Of a stretch of 64,000 nucleotides of DNA, positions 17,834 through 27,841 are shown piece after piece. Numbering within the stretch: the stretch's first letter is position 1; each line of letters starts with the position of its first letter. Under the pieces are notes generated by a model. That model did not search any database and was not told where the DNA came from. It worked only from the letters and a program-made list of their open reading frames with translations. The position numbers and the translations under genes are program-made. The DNA is from a virus (lineage: Duplodnaviria; Caudoviricetes): positions 671-64,670 of the IMG/VR virus record IMGVR_UViG_3300033141_001125. One strand, 5' to 3'.

Positions 17834-20326
17834 TTAAAATTCGCTCATGTCAAATAGAGTCTTTTTGTTTGCTGCCACCTCAGCATAACGCATATTATTT
17901 ACCAGGATGCGGAAATAAGATTTCTTCAATTCTCCAAGTAATGCCTTGCGTCCTTCCTGCAAAGCTACGTAACCAGTCGAACCAATTCCGCCAAAGGGAT
18001 CGTAAACGATCTCACCGGGATTTGAATACAGAATGATAGCACGTCGGATAACCTCAAGTTGTAATGGACAAATGTGCTTTTCATCAAGCTTCCCATTCGC
18101 TTGTCTTTTCCCAAGCGTTCCTGTGATCTTGGATGGCCCAAGAACATCAGTTTCTCGTATATCATCCCAAAATACTGATTTCTGGAAGAAATCATCAATA
18201 TCTTGGCTCATCAATTCTGCTTCAATGAAATCTGGTAATAACTCAGCGCCAGGCCGATTGTCTGTACGGCACATTTCTGCAAAACTATTCATTTGTTCTG
18301 GCGAGGCATTGGTGAAAAACTTGTCTGGCTCAATCCATTCTGAACCAGCCCATTTGATGAAATCGTCACGTGACACCTCTCCACGCACATTTGATTTTAC
18401 TGGTACTTTGTTGTCATTGTGATGACCTTTTTTGAAAACGAGCAGTTGATCTGGGATAACCGTGCGGCAGCGCGCTGAGTCTTTCGGCAAGTCCGAAGTC
18501 AGACCCAAGCCAAAAATGTGAGAAGTAATACTTTTGGCTTGCTGGTTTTTACCAATGAACACACGCCCGCCATACCAATTGAAACCACCTTTTATAAAAG
18601 CATCAATTGTTCTGCCTGAGAAATCTCGCATACCAATGAAGCCATCCTTATTTTTCCGTGCTGGAATGTCCATAACGTGAATAACGGCATTGCGCCCTGG
18701 CATCAACACGCGATACAATTCCTTTATAAGAAAACTGAAATGCTCGAAAAATTCATCCCAATCACGGCAATTTCCAAGATCGCGTTCTGTGGGTGTGTAC
18801 GTAAAAAGCTCTGCAAATGGCTCGCTCCCATGAATTAAACCAATGCTATCAGATTTAATTCCTTTTATCGTCTCAGCTGAATCGCCAAGCATCGCTTTCC
18901 AATTCTTGCCTTCAACTATTCTTTCCTCATATTGATAACTGATTTGCGTCTTTTGACCATGTAACTCGTTCATTGAAAACATCCTTGAGGCTGTAATTAA
19001 CTCATCAATTTGTTTATTATTTTCTCTGTCTTTGTACATAAGATTGTTCCATACATCCCGCTGCGCATCTGCTATAATTGGATAGATGAAACACTCTCTT
19101 TCTTGTCCAAAGCGGTGAACACGTGCCACACCCTGCTTCCACTGTTCCCAGGAATCATCAATGCCCGCCCACACCTGAAATGATGCGTTCTGGAAGTTCA
19201 TGCCACGCGCCCCGATTTTTGGCTTAGTGACTAAGATGCGATATTTGCCATCCTGGAAATCCTCAAACGCTTGTACTTTTTCTTCAACAGACATTGAACC
19301 AGTTACCTCTGCTGCTTGATCGCCAAGCCGCTTTGATAATTCCTTGCTTTCATGGTTGCGCAAACACCACACAATACCTTGTTCATTAAGATGCTTTGTA
19401 GACGCAATTTCATAAGCTGCATCAATGCGCTGTTCCATTGTTCCTCTATATATAGCAGAGCGGCTTAATTCCCTTCTATCAATACCGTTTTTGTCTGACC
19501 CTGATTTGCCACCGATACCACCGGCTTTAGTCATAAACAGCATGCCTTTTGGCACATATCCAGCATCGATAAATCGTGGCGAAATATGTAACTTTGGCAA
19601 GTCAAAGCCCGTGTCATCATAGCCAAGATCGCTCGGCTTGCGCATTGACACACACCAAGAGGACATCCAGCGGTAGAAGTTCTCCCTACCAAGTTCTTTT
19701 AGTACCCACTTGTTATTTGATTTTTTACCTCTGTTGATGAAAAATTCGCTTCTCATCTCATCATGGCTTTTTATAATTCCGAGCACCGCAGCAATTGCGC
19801 CAATTTCATCTGTGCTGTTAGGCGCTTGCGTGGCTGAATATCCAGTTTTGTAAGGCGTATCTTTCCACATCTCACAAGCCAGTTTGAACGTAGCGCCCTC
19901 GCCTTTGAAAATGCTACTTTCATCAAAGCCAACACCCGAAAATTGATCGGGATTGAAATGCGGCATCATTTCATAATTAGTAATGTTGATACCGTTAATG
20001 ATTCCGCTACCATCTCTGGAATGATTGATTTCAATACCCATAAGATCACGCGCCATTTTAACAGTCTGCCTTACGACTGAAAGAGGAACAATTAAGACAA
20101 CTGGCGTATTAGTCATTTTATTGACCCAATACGCCCATTCTATCTGTGTGGGAGTCTTTCCTAGCCCAGTATCCGAAGCGTCTAATGCGCGTCCTTTGCG
20201 GAGCAGAAAAGTTACCTTATCTTTTTGATCTGGACGTAGTACAGGATTTAGTGATTCCTGTAAAACTTCAAATCCCGCATCCAGTACACGAAATTCTTTT
20301 GATTGTAAAAATTCAGTGTATTTCAT
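17834..20326 (-). CDS. SNF2-like helicase fused to N4/N6 DNA methyltransferase
   Basis: TGLGKT, DESS, SAT, RVHRFGQ helicase motifs; HICPLQL and DPFGGIGSTG MTase motifs. Confidence 0.88.
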   Translation of the reverse strand: MKYTEFLQSKEFRVLDAGFEVLQESLNPVLRPDQKDKVTFLLRKGRALDASDTGLGKTPTQIEWAYWVNKMTNTPVVLIVPLSVVRQTVKMARDLMGIEINHSRDGSGIINGINITNYEMMPHFNPDQFSGVGFDESSIFKGEGATFKLACEMWKDTPYKTGYSATQAPNSTDEIGAIAAVLGIIKSHDEMRSEFFINRGKKSNNKWVLKELGRENFYRWMSSWCVSMRKPSDLGYDDTGFDLPKLHISPRFIDAGYVPKGMLFMTKAGGIGGKSGSDKNGIDRRELSRSAIYRGTMEQRIDAAYEIASTKHLNEQGIVWCLRNHESKELSKRLGDQAAEVTGSMSVEEKVQAFEDFQDGKYRILVTKPKIGARGMNFQNASFQVWAGIDDSWEQWKQGVARVHRFGQERECFIYPIIADAQRDVWNNLMYKDRENNKQIDELITASRMFSMNELHGQKTQISYQYEERIVEGKNWKAMLGDSAETIKGIKSDSIGLIHGSEPFAELFTYTPTERDLGNCRDWDEFFEHFSFLIKELYRVLMPGRNAVIHVMDIPARKNKDGFIGMRDFSGRTIDAFIKGGFNWYGGRVFIGKNQQAKSITSHIFGLGLTSDLPKDSARCRTVIPDQLLVFKKGHHNDNKVPVKSNVRGEVSRDDFIKWAGSEWIEPDKFFTNASPEQMNSFAEMCRTDNRPGAELLPDFIEAELMSQDIDDFFQKSVFWDDIRETDVLGPSKITGTLGKRQANGKLDEKHICPLQLEVIRRAIILYSNPGEIVYDPFGGIGSTGYVALQEGRKALLGELKKSYFRILVNNMRYAEVAANKKTLFDMSEF

Positions 20327-20331
20327 TATAA

Positions 20332-21309
20332 TTACAAACGTCCCTCAACAAATCTCATAGGAGATAATCCATTTGTGCTAATAACATCAAAATATCCCCC
20401 TGCATCAATACCGTATCCATCAACAGATGTATTATATAGTGTTGAATAAACACTTAATATACCCTGCGGATCAACGCGCACACGTCTTATCTCGTTTCCT
20501 TTCACAAAATGCATCCATGTTCGCTCTATAATCATTGTGAAAACATATGGAGTTAACATATTTGATGATTGCGATATCCTATAATTTTCATTTATATGTC
20601 TAATCGTGACCCTTCTTGGATCACCTATTTTCAGTCCATCATTATATGAAACTTGTTTCCAGAATTCATGCGATAACTCATTGCTATATTTGAATGTAAT
20701 CATTCCCAGGGCAAACAACGATGATTTGACTAACTTCTTTTTGTTCTCTCCGAAATTGATACATCTAAGATAATCTAGTGCGTATTTTTCCCATTCAATA
20801 ACTAAATCGGCTATTATTAATGGAGTTAACATAACCGCATCACTTCTCGGTTTAAATCCAGTATAGATTTTTCTTATTGCCGCCTTCGTCCATCCTATTT
20901 CAGATTTTGATAATTGCGTTTTTCCTTCCAAATAACCCATAGATGCGTTTTGACCCCTTGGGCCACCAATGTCAATAGTTGCATAAGCGATTGATACATC
21001 ATCCATATTATCGAATGATTTAACTGACACATTACTTGCAACAGCCGTGTTTGATTTAATAACAGCAAGCAATCTGTGTTGTCCGTCTATCAAATAATAT
21101 TTATTGTCAACAAGAGCAAAACATATAACTGTTTGTTCATTATACTCGCCGATGGCAATTGAGTTACATAATTTTCTTACTTGATATATACTAACCTTTC
21201 TTTGTTTGCTATATTTATATCTATCAATCCAAAAAGTAGCCATTTCAGGTGTGATAACAACTCTTTTAACACAACTATTGCCATTATCAAATATCTCTTT
21301 GAGTTTCAT
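20332..21309 (-). CDS. ParB/Srx-like (DGQHR) domain protein, AT-rich
   Basis: 'ITPEMA...QR.VS...LIDGQHRLLAV...ID.G..R'. Confidence 0.7.
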   Translation of the reverse strand: MKLKEIFDNGNSCVKRVVITPEMATFWIDRYKYSKQRKVSIYQVRKLCNSIAIGEYNEQTVICFALVDNKYYLIDGQHRLLAVIKSNTAVASNVSVKSFDNMDDVSIAYATIDIGGPRGQNASMGYLEGKTQLSKSEIGWTKAAIRKIYTGFKPRSDAVMLTPLIIADLVIEWEKYALDYLRCINFGENKKKLVKSSLFALGMITFKYSNELSHEFWKQVSYNDGLKIGDPRRVTIRHINENYRISQSSNMLTPYVFTMIIERTWMHFVKGNEIRRVRVDPQGILSVYSTLYNTSVDGYGIDAGGYFDVISTNGLSPMRFVEGRL

Positions 21310-21383
21310 TAACTTCTCCTTATTTGAATTTTATATCTCAATTCTACTACTTAATATACCAAAACTCTAGTGACATTCATCTA

Positions 21384-23111
21384 CTAAAACCCGTATTCTA
21401 TCCTTTCGTTAATCGGTTTAAGTGACACCCCAAGCCAGAAAGCATTGCCGCTTTTTGCTCTTATGCCAATGAATCCAAGCCTGCGCCATTCATTAGCCAT
21501 TCTGTGTATGCTTTCCGGTCTGTAATTGCGTTCACTGCACCAATCTTTATAATGTGCGTACATAATATCAGACTGCAATCTTTTTGTAGTGTCAACCTTA
21601 AAATCGCTGTCATCTAAATGTACGTTACACCATTCGTTGACAAATAGCGCTGCTTTATCCGAGATAATCGACCACATTTTAGTGGAAACGCGCACCGCTG
21701 CTGGCAATTCAAAATGACCTCGGCTATCTAGTCGTTTTAATCCCTCGATAGCCCAATTGAGAATTCCAGCCCTTTCTTTTCTGATACGCCCCTTCAAAGA
21801 TACATCTTCTTTAACGCGCAATGGCGGAAATTGCACAACCTTAATACGTCTAAAGAGACCATCACCACCACCACCACCCACACGCGGAAGGCGCTCCATT
21901 GCCCATAAAATCTTGGCTACTGGTCTAAATGTTATTTGATCTTTATGTTTCCTTTCAAAGTCAACTGGCTCACCGGATATAATCGTCTTAATTATTTCAG
22001 TGCTTTGAATGTAATCCGCTGATTCCGTTGCCAGTAATAGCGTTTTTCCTGGCACGTTGACTAAAGCGAAGCGCGGATTTGTTATTAGTCTTTCTAAAGA
22101 CAACACGCCGGCCTTAACTCCTAGCATCGCTCTGATTCCCTCAATAATGGTTGACTTTCCGCTTCCGGGCTGGCCGTAAAACCATACAGCAGTCTCTAGC
22201 TCCGTGCGAGTAGTCAGACAATAACCAGCAAACTCTTGTACAAACTCTACGCTATTTTGAATAGTATCGTTCAGTGCTTGTGTAAAATTGTCACATTTTG
22301 CCGTGGGATCATAGTCATATCCGAGTCCGGTTGTGGCATAATGCTCTTTGTTGTGTGGCTCGATTTGCATTGTTTTGAGATTTAGCACACCGTTACTACA
22401 AATTAACACGCCCGCATCTTGTCTATCCCACCAATCGGCGGGTGTAAATAGCTTGCGTCTTGCCAGTGCCGATACACTTTTAACGTGTGAATCCGTGCAA
22501 GACGGCCCATATTCCTCACATTTTTCAAGGATATTCATTATTTCACGTTCAACAATATCATCTGTGACAATAGGCCAAAAGCCATGCTCATAACGCCGCC
22601 AATAACCAAGCCCGTAGAGTGTATCTGGATGATTGTCTATCCACATGTCTCTTATATTTGGCTCAGTTAGTTGCTCATTACCGTTGCCCTCTTGCGTCTG
22701 CTGAGCTTCTTTAAGAATGCGATTAAATTCACGCTTGCCAAAGTTGAACATTCTTTGACAAATGTCTTGAAGCCGTCGCGCTGCAAAAGGCTCTTTGATT
22801 TGCGTGAGTAGTTGAAATATTTCTTTTAATCCCTCGTCTCGTTCTTGGCCTTGCAAAAGAGCAACTTCGTTTATTCTAAGCTCAATATAACTTTTTGCTC
22901 TTTTAACAACACGCTCAAATTGATCTTGCGTGCCACCTTGTATAAGCCAGTCGTTAACGTCGCTTACATGCGCAGGAAGTTTAACAATTTTTAACAATGG
23001 GCCTTGTTTACTTACTATTTGTTTTATGTTAGTTTTGCCGTCGGTATCGGGTATGAGATAGAATGTCATTTTATTCCTCTGAGAATGTGTGCAATTATAT
23101 CTACTGTCCAA
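21384..23111 (-). CDS. TOPRIM C-terminal half + P4/D5-family SF3 helicase (start probably 23069)
   Basis: LIPDTDG (DxD) and DVNDW TOPRIM segments; GQPGSGKST Walker A; 'RRIKVVQF'; C-terminal winged helix. Confidence 0.88.
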   Translation of the reverse strand: MDSRYNCTHSQRNKMTFYLIPDTDGKTNIKQIVSKQGPLLKIVKLPAHVSDVNDWLIQGGTQDQFERVVKRAKSYIELRINEVALLQGQERDEGLKEIFQLLTQIKEPFAARRLQDICQRMFNFGKREFNRILKEAQQTQEGNGNEQLTEPNIRDMWIDNHPDTLYGLGYWRRYEHGFWPIVTDDIVEREIMNILEKCEEYGPSCTDSHVKSVSALARRKLFTPADWWDRQDAGVLICSNGVLNLKTMQIEPHNKEHYATTGLGYDYDPTAKCDNFTQALNDTIQNSVEFVQEFAGYCLTTRTELETAVWFYGQPGSGKSTIIEGIRAMLGVKAGVLSLERLITNPRFALVNVPGKTLLLATESADYIQSTEIIKTIISGEPVDFERKHKDQITFRPVAKILWAMERLPRVGGGGGDGLFRRIKVVQFPPLRVKEDVSLKGRIRKERAGILNWAIEGLKRLDSRGHFELPAAVRVSTKMWSIISDKAALFVNEWCNVHLDDSDFKVDTTKRLQSDIMYAHYKDWCSERNYRPESIHRMANEWRRLGFIGIRAKSGNAFWLGVSLKPINERIEYGF

Positions 23112-23968
23112 GCGTTTCCAAGCATCTTGTAACGCTGCGTCCTTGACATCATTCTGTTTATTCGTGTTGGATGCCGAACTAATGTATAATTATCTGGAAT
23201 TGTTTGCAGCCTTTCACACTCAATTGGATGAATGTATCTTGTTTTACCATTATCGTTTATTCCAAAGCATCGCTGATTGCTATATCCTTTATAATGCGAA
23301 GCCTCTAAAGTCTGCATTTTAACATTTGTATCTTTTGAGTACTCGAAGTATTTTGTTGCGCGCCGTGCATCATGGAATATCCAATCAAATGACTTTTTTG
23401 TATAATAGAAAACACCATCCGCATTATCAATTTGTATATCGCTCCAAAATGCTTTTGTATCTATCGGTTGCATAATATTAAGCATATTTGTCCAGTACAG
23501 CCTTTTTCTATTTTGCGCAGATACCAATGCGCTGTTAATCACAATCGGTTGTACATCAAGTATTTTTGATATAATGTCTTGATACCTTTGAGACATACGC
23601 ACGTTTTCTAATAAGAAATGCTGTGGTTGACAGTATTTAAGTATATCCGCAAAATCGAAAAATAGCTTACTGCGTGGATCATCAAAATTAAGCCTTTTAC
23701 CAGCGCAACTGAATCCCTGACACGGACTACCGCCCATCAATAAGTCAATCGGTGGCAAGTTCCAATTTTGCCAATTGGTTATATCACCAAGCTGAATTGT
23801 ATTTGGATAATGATGCTGCGTTACAGCTAATGTGTATTTATCAATTTCACTTGCAAAATAATTATCATATTTGATACCAGCGCGTTGTAATGCTAATTGA
23901 CCACAACTGATACCGTCAAACAAACTTAACACATTCATTTGATGGCTTCCTTGAGTGATGCTCCGCAC
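23066..23968 (-). CDS. DNA (cytosine-5)-methyltransferase (start probably 23938)
   Basis: LSLFDG, GGSPCQGFS, ENV, QNRKR, ERLQ, LGNAW motifs. Confidence 0.92.
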   Translation of the reverse strand: MRSITQGSHQMNVLSLFDGISCGQLALQRAGIKYDNYFASEIDKYTLAVTQHHYPNTIQLGDITNWQNWNLPPIDLLMGGSPCQGFSCAGKRLNFDDPRSKLFFDFADILKYCQPQHFLLENVRMSQRYQDIISKILDVQPIVINSALVSAQNRKRLYWTNMLNIMQPIDTKAFWSDIQIDNADGVFYYTKKSFDWIFHDARRATKYFEYSKDTNVKMQTLEASHYKGYSNQRCFGINDNGKTRYIHPIECERLQTIPDNYTLVRHPTRINRMMSRTQRYKMLGNAWTVDIIAHILRGIK

Positions 23969-24738
23969 TCCCCGATTGCTGCCCTATCCCATTGCCCCAA
24001 AGAAATAGCATCTGCTTGTCCTTCAACAATATAAAATTCTTTTGCCTTTGGGTGATACAACCAATTATAATAAAGTTGCTTTTTACCAGGTAGATTGCGA
24101 TGTGTTTTTCCTTCAATACTTCTTGCTGCAAAATATTGCACGCGCACACCTTTAATGTGAGGATAAACTAAATAGCCCTGCGGAGATAGTTTGTAACCAT
24201 CACGCAACGAGCAGAAGTCAAGCCCGCTTGATGAAATAACACCTTTTGCAGAAACACCGGCTTTGAGTAAGCGCTTTCTCAACTCTTGATCTGATGCAGC
24301 AAAACCAAGCCTAGCGCGCTTGATAGTTGTGTCAAGCCAGCCTCTTGACCTGGCATATTCAAGGCATATTTTACCCTCATCACTCCATAGCCGCCTCTCA
24401 TAAAAAGAGGCAACAACTTCAAGAGCATTTTCTCTTATTCGTTGTTGCTGTAATTGTTTTTTGTTCTTTCTGGATGTCTGCAAGCCAGCTCGCAAAGCAA
24501 GCTCGTCTAATGCCGTAAGAAAGTCAACTTTTTGATAGTGTTGCCACACGTCAAAAATGTCAAACTGCTTGCAGCATACAAAACAATATGCGCCGTCCGC
24601 ATATATTGCCATTGAAGCATTATGATCATCGTGATCAAAGCACGTGGTTGCCTTTCCTAGCTGTAAACTTTCACCTTTTAATTCTGAAAACAGATCAATA
24701 AAAGACATTCTCGATTTTATATCATCGGTAAGTGGCAT
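23935..24738 (-). CDS. DnaG-like primase N-terminal part (CHC2 Zn finger + TOPRIM N-terminal half)
   Basis: CFDHDD...CFVC, 'YARSRG', 'YFAARS', IVEGQADAIS; ends before the DxD motif. Confidence 0.85.
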   Translation of the reverse strand: MPLTDDIKSRMSFIDLFSELKGESLQLGKATTCFDHDDHNASMAIYADGAYCFVCCKQFDIFDVWQHYQKVDFLTALDELALRAGLQTSRKNKKQLQQQRIRENALEVVASFYERRLWSDEGKICLEYARSRGWLDTTIKRARLGFAASDQELRKRLLKAGVSAKGVISSSGLDFCSLRDGYKLSPQGYLVYPHIKGVRVQYFAARSIEGKTHRNLPGKKQLYYNWLYHPKAKEFYIVEGQADAISLGQWDRAAIGECGASLKEAIK

Positions 24739-24814
24739 ATTTCCGCCTTTGAGGATTTCCTATAAGTGTAGCATAGATATATTAAGAAGAAAAGTCAGAA
24801 CTAAATACAACTTA

Positions 24815-25285
24815 TCAGTATTCTTCCCAGCCGTGCTTTCCGCCACTCAATTTTTGGTAGTTCATCTCTGTTAGTTCGTCAAGTGAGCAATCAAACATAG
24901 CCAAAATGCTGGATGGACAAGTTAAGCAATAATTTATGAATGAGTGATTATCAATATTAAAATATCCAACAACCGAAGAATAATAACATAATTTTATACA
25001 CAGTGTTTGCAGATCGCCATTATCATAATCTTGCATTTTCCGCAGTTTAACACCACGAATATATGCAACAATCCGCAAATACCACCAGTAATCGCCTAGT
25101 TCCTCAAGCATTGAATCACGGCTTACTGGAATCTCATATTTGTATGCAGCTTTCTTAACCAACTCCGTGATCTCGCCGGCTTCACCGACAAGGCCTAACA
25201 ATGCTGGCATAGCATCATTGTGTAGTGGATGATCTTTCGGATACCACGTTCTAAGCGCAAATTCTTGATGTTTGTCAGGCTTCAC
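24815..25285 (-). CDS. MazG-like NTP pyrophosphohydrolase
   Basis: GLVGEAGE...EELGD..WY...N..KL. Confidence 0.85.
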   Translation of the reverse strand: MKPDKHQEFALRTWYPKDHPLHNDAMPALLGLVGEAGEITELVKKAAYKYEIPVSRDSMLEELGDYWWYLRIVAYIRGVKLRKMQDYDNGDLQTLCIKLCYYSSVVGYFNIDNHSFINYCLTCPSSILAMFDCSLDELTEMNYQKLSGGKHGWEEY

Positions 25286-25514
25286 GGTGTGCTCCTGTTA
25301 TAAGTCTAATAATCGCCTTGAAAAAACCAATTGCCCAAATTGCATTGTAACTTCCATAATCGCAAACTGGACAATCCTGATGTCCTATATACACTTTTTC
25401 GCATCTTGAGCAAACTCTTAATGCGTCAATCATTGCATCACCACGGGCAGATAAATACTGTATCTGTAGCGTGATGGCAAGAACACGCCCATACACCACC
25501 AAAACGGACACCAA
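25275..25514 (-). CDS. small zinc-ribbon protein
   Basis: CxxC...CPVC. Confidence 0.5.
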   Translation of the reverse strand: MVSVLVVYGRVLAITLQIQYLSARGDAMIDALRVCSRCEKVYIGHQDCPVCDYGSYNAIWAIGFFKAIIRLITGAHREA

Positions 25515-25515
25515 T

Positions 25516-25701
25516 TCATAATTTATTCTCCATTTGCTTGATGTAGCCGACTAATGTTGCGCAGTCTTTTTCAAGCCTGCGAACATCATTTTTTAATGTT
25601 TGCTTTTCCCACAAAACAGATCTTAATGCCCAAGATAGCTCAGGAAATAACAAGCGAAAAAGCATTTTATTCAACAACTTTTCTAAAATATCATCCATCA
25701 T
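25516..25701 (-). CDS. hypothetical coiled-coil protein
   Basis: ATGA overlap with vWA gene. Confidence 0.55.
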   Translation of the reverse strand: MMDDILEKLLNKMLFRLLFPELSWALRSVLWEKQTLKNDVRRLEKDCATLVGYIKQMENKL

Positions 25702-26249
25702 CCCTCCAACATAAATTGTACTGTTTTACTTAGCTGCTCGCCAAATTCATTCAGGTGATACGATCCGCCTTTTGTGTTAGCAAGCCTTTTTAGAAATGCA
25801 ATACCTGAACCGCCATCGCGCCCAACGTAAACGGTATTGATGTTGGCTTTCAGTGTTCTGGCAACTGATAATGCTTGCACCTCGCTGTCTGGTTCACCGT
25901 CTGAGATAACCACGATGGTCACAAATTCATTATCAACCTGCTTTGCAAATTGCAATGCGCCGGCTAGATTTGTGGTGCTTCCTATAAATTCTGGTACACC
26001 GCCCCAACACCAAACAGCATTATCAGAAAATGAAATCAGAGCAATCTTTCCAGGATTCTCTTTTTGTATTTTAATTAGCTCGTTGCAAGCCCGTGTATAA
26101 CGTGATAGCTCGCCGTCATCTATAGCACTCATAGACACTGAGCTATCAAATAATACAATTAGATCAACATCGACAAACAAAGCTGCAATATTACAGCCAT
26201 GCGTATCAGCTAGTGATCGTATGCTTCCCTTAACAACTTGATATGCCAT
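25698..26249 (-). CDS. von Willebrand factor A domain protein
   Basis: MIDAS DSSVSM, TNL, ISDGEP. Confidence 0.88.
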   Translation of the reverse strand: MAYQVVKGSIRSLADTHGCNIAALFVDVDLIVLFDSSVSMSAIDDGELSRYTRACNELIKIQKENPGKIALISFSDNAVWCWGGVPEFIGSTTNLAGALQFAKQVDNEFVTIVVISDGEPDSEVQALSVARTLKANINTVYVGRDGGSGIAFLKRLANTKGGSYHLNEFGEQLSKTVQFMLEG

Positions 26250-26396
26250 AATATCCTCACATCATAAATGAAATATCTTGTGCTTTTTCAAGATATTTCA
26301 TTATTGGCTTCCATTCAACAAAAATAGACTTGAATGCATCAATAACAATTTCAACTAGATACCAAATTGCATGCACGATATAATCAAGTATTTCAA

Positions 26397-27230
26397 TCAT
26401 ATCCAATTCACTGTATAGCTTTCATCCGGCTTGCCTGCATCAGAATCAAAGCCCCAATATACTACCATCCGCTTACCGTCCTTTATAATGTCTTCCCAGG
26501 CTAGAATCTTAGAAACCTTGAAGCGACCAAGCGACCGCACACCTTCACAGACAACTATACCGCAATTTAGTGGACTTTTCCAACTATCTTGAGGCAATCC
26601 GCCAGTCTTTTCAATGTATAATCCAAGGCTTGCATCATATCTTGACTTTTTCTTTACATTGCTCAAAGTATCGTAAGCACGTTTAATTACTCCAAACTGA
26701 TGCGCTGCATCAGGTGCTCCGTTGTGATCTGGATGCCATGTTTTTGCGGCCCTGCGGTATGCCTTTTTAATCTCTCTATCTGTTGCATCACGCTTGATTC
26801 CAAGTGCCGCGTAATGCGTGACCGTTTCAGTAGGATCAATGGGCAAATTAAAATATTCACGAAGCACACTCTCTGGAAATATGTATTTCCATTCTGTGCC
26901 ATCGTGACCGGAGGCGATTCTTGTATCAGTGCCTTTATTTTTTGCACTGCCAAGATACATCAACCTGATAGCCTCAACAACAGTTTTATTTGCTTCCGAC
27001 ATATCGCCATTGACAACGATCTCAAAGCCGAAAAACTGCTTGATAAGTTCTATGCACGTGTCTGCATACTCAAAGTCAACCAGCCAGTAAAACCGCTTGC
27101 CATCTTTATTTGGTTTCCTACCAGAATATGGCACTTTTGCTTTGAAAGATGCTATCAGTCCGGCGTCGTATGAGAATTCAAAGATCAAGCCGTTTTTTGT
27201 GGCTGTCAACTCAGCATGTTCATTCTGCAT
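26397..27230 (-). CDS. J-domain protein with HARP-like N-terminal domain
   Basis: 'HYAALGI...EIKKAYRRAAKTWHPD.N...AYDTLS...RYD'. Confidence 0.85.
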   Translation of the reverse strand: MQNEHAELTATKNGLIFEFSYDAGLIASFKAKVPYSGRKPNKDGKRFYWLVDFEYADTCIELIKQFFGFEIVVNGDMSEANKTVVEAIRLMYLGSAKNKGTDTRIASGHDGTEWKYIFPESVLREYFNLPIDPTETVTHYAALGIKRDATDREIKKAYRRAAKTWHPDHNGAPDAAHQFGVIKRAYDTLSNVKKKSRYDASLGLYIEKTGGLPQDSWKSPLNCGIVVCEGVRSLGRFKVSKILAWEDIIKDGKRMVVYWGFDSDAGKPDESYTVNWI

Positions 27231-27504
27231 GTCTGCGCTTCCTCATTTTATCAAATATATAATCTCCGAATACAGCGCGTAATATGGTCTCATAGATATA
27301 TTCTTCATCGTCGTCATCATTATAGCCATCACGCCATAAATCCGATATGTGCTTTTTGCACATACTGATAATATCTGTAAAATCAGGATTTTTTACAGGC
27401 TGTGGTTGAGGGAGTAAATTTGCATTTTTTCTTCGCTCAAGTTCTGCTTCTAGTTGTCCATCCGTGAATTCATTTAACATTGTTATCACATAACCTTTAA
27501 TCAT
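27220..27504 (-). CDS. hypothetical protein
   Basis: operon-packed ORF. Confidence 0.6.
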   Translation of the reverse strand: MIKGYVITMLNEFTDGQLEAELERRKNANLLPQPQPVKNPDFTDIISMCKKHISDLWRDGYNDDDDEEYIYETILRAVFGDYIFDKMRKRRHAE

Positions 27505-27758
27505 TCAAACATTGGGCGAAACCACGCCTGCGGAAATGTTTCATCAATATATTCTAACGCAATCTTCTTTGCAGAAATCCATAAAACTGTGATTATCATT
27601 GACGGATAGCTGTCAATTGAATCGCTCCAACGATTTGCCATAGATTTTGTTAGATCAGATTCTTTAAGCAATTTGATAACTTCATCTGTTTGGTCATCGC
27701 TCAATCCATTTTGGATTAACATTTTACGTATTTTTTCTTCAACTGTCATTGCCTTCAC
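27501..27758 (-). CDS. hypothetical protein
   Basis: operon-packed ORF. Confidence 0.6.
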   Translation of the reverse strand: MKAMTVEEKIRKMLIQNGLSDDQTDEVIKLLKESDLTKSMANRWSDSIDSYPSMIITVLWISAKKIALEYIDETFPQAWFRPMFE

Positions 27759-27841
27759 CTCGTATAAAAATATACTTATATCTTAACAAAAAGCAGGTAA
27801 TTTATCCAGTGACAAATTACCTGTTTATGTATGACAAATCA

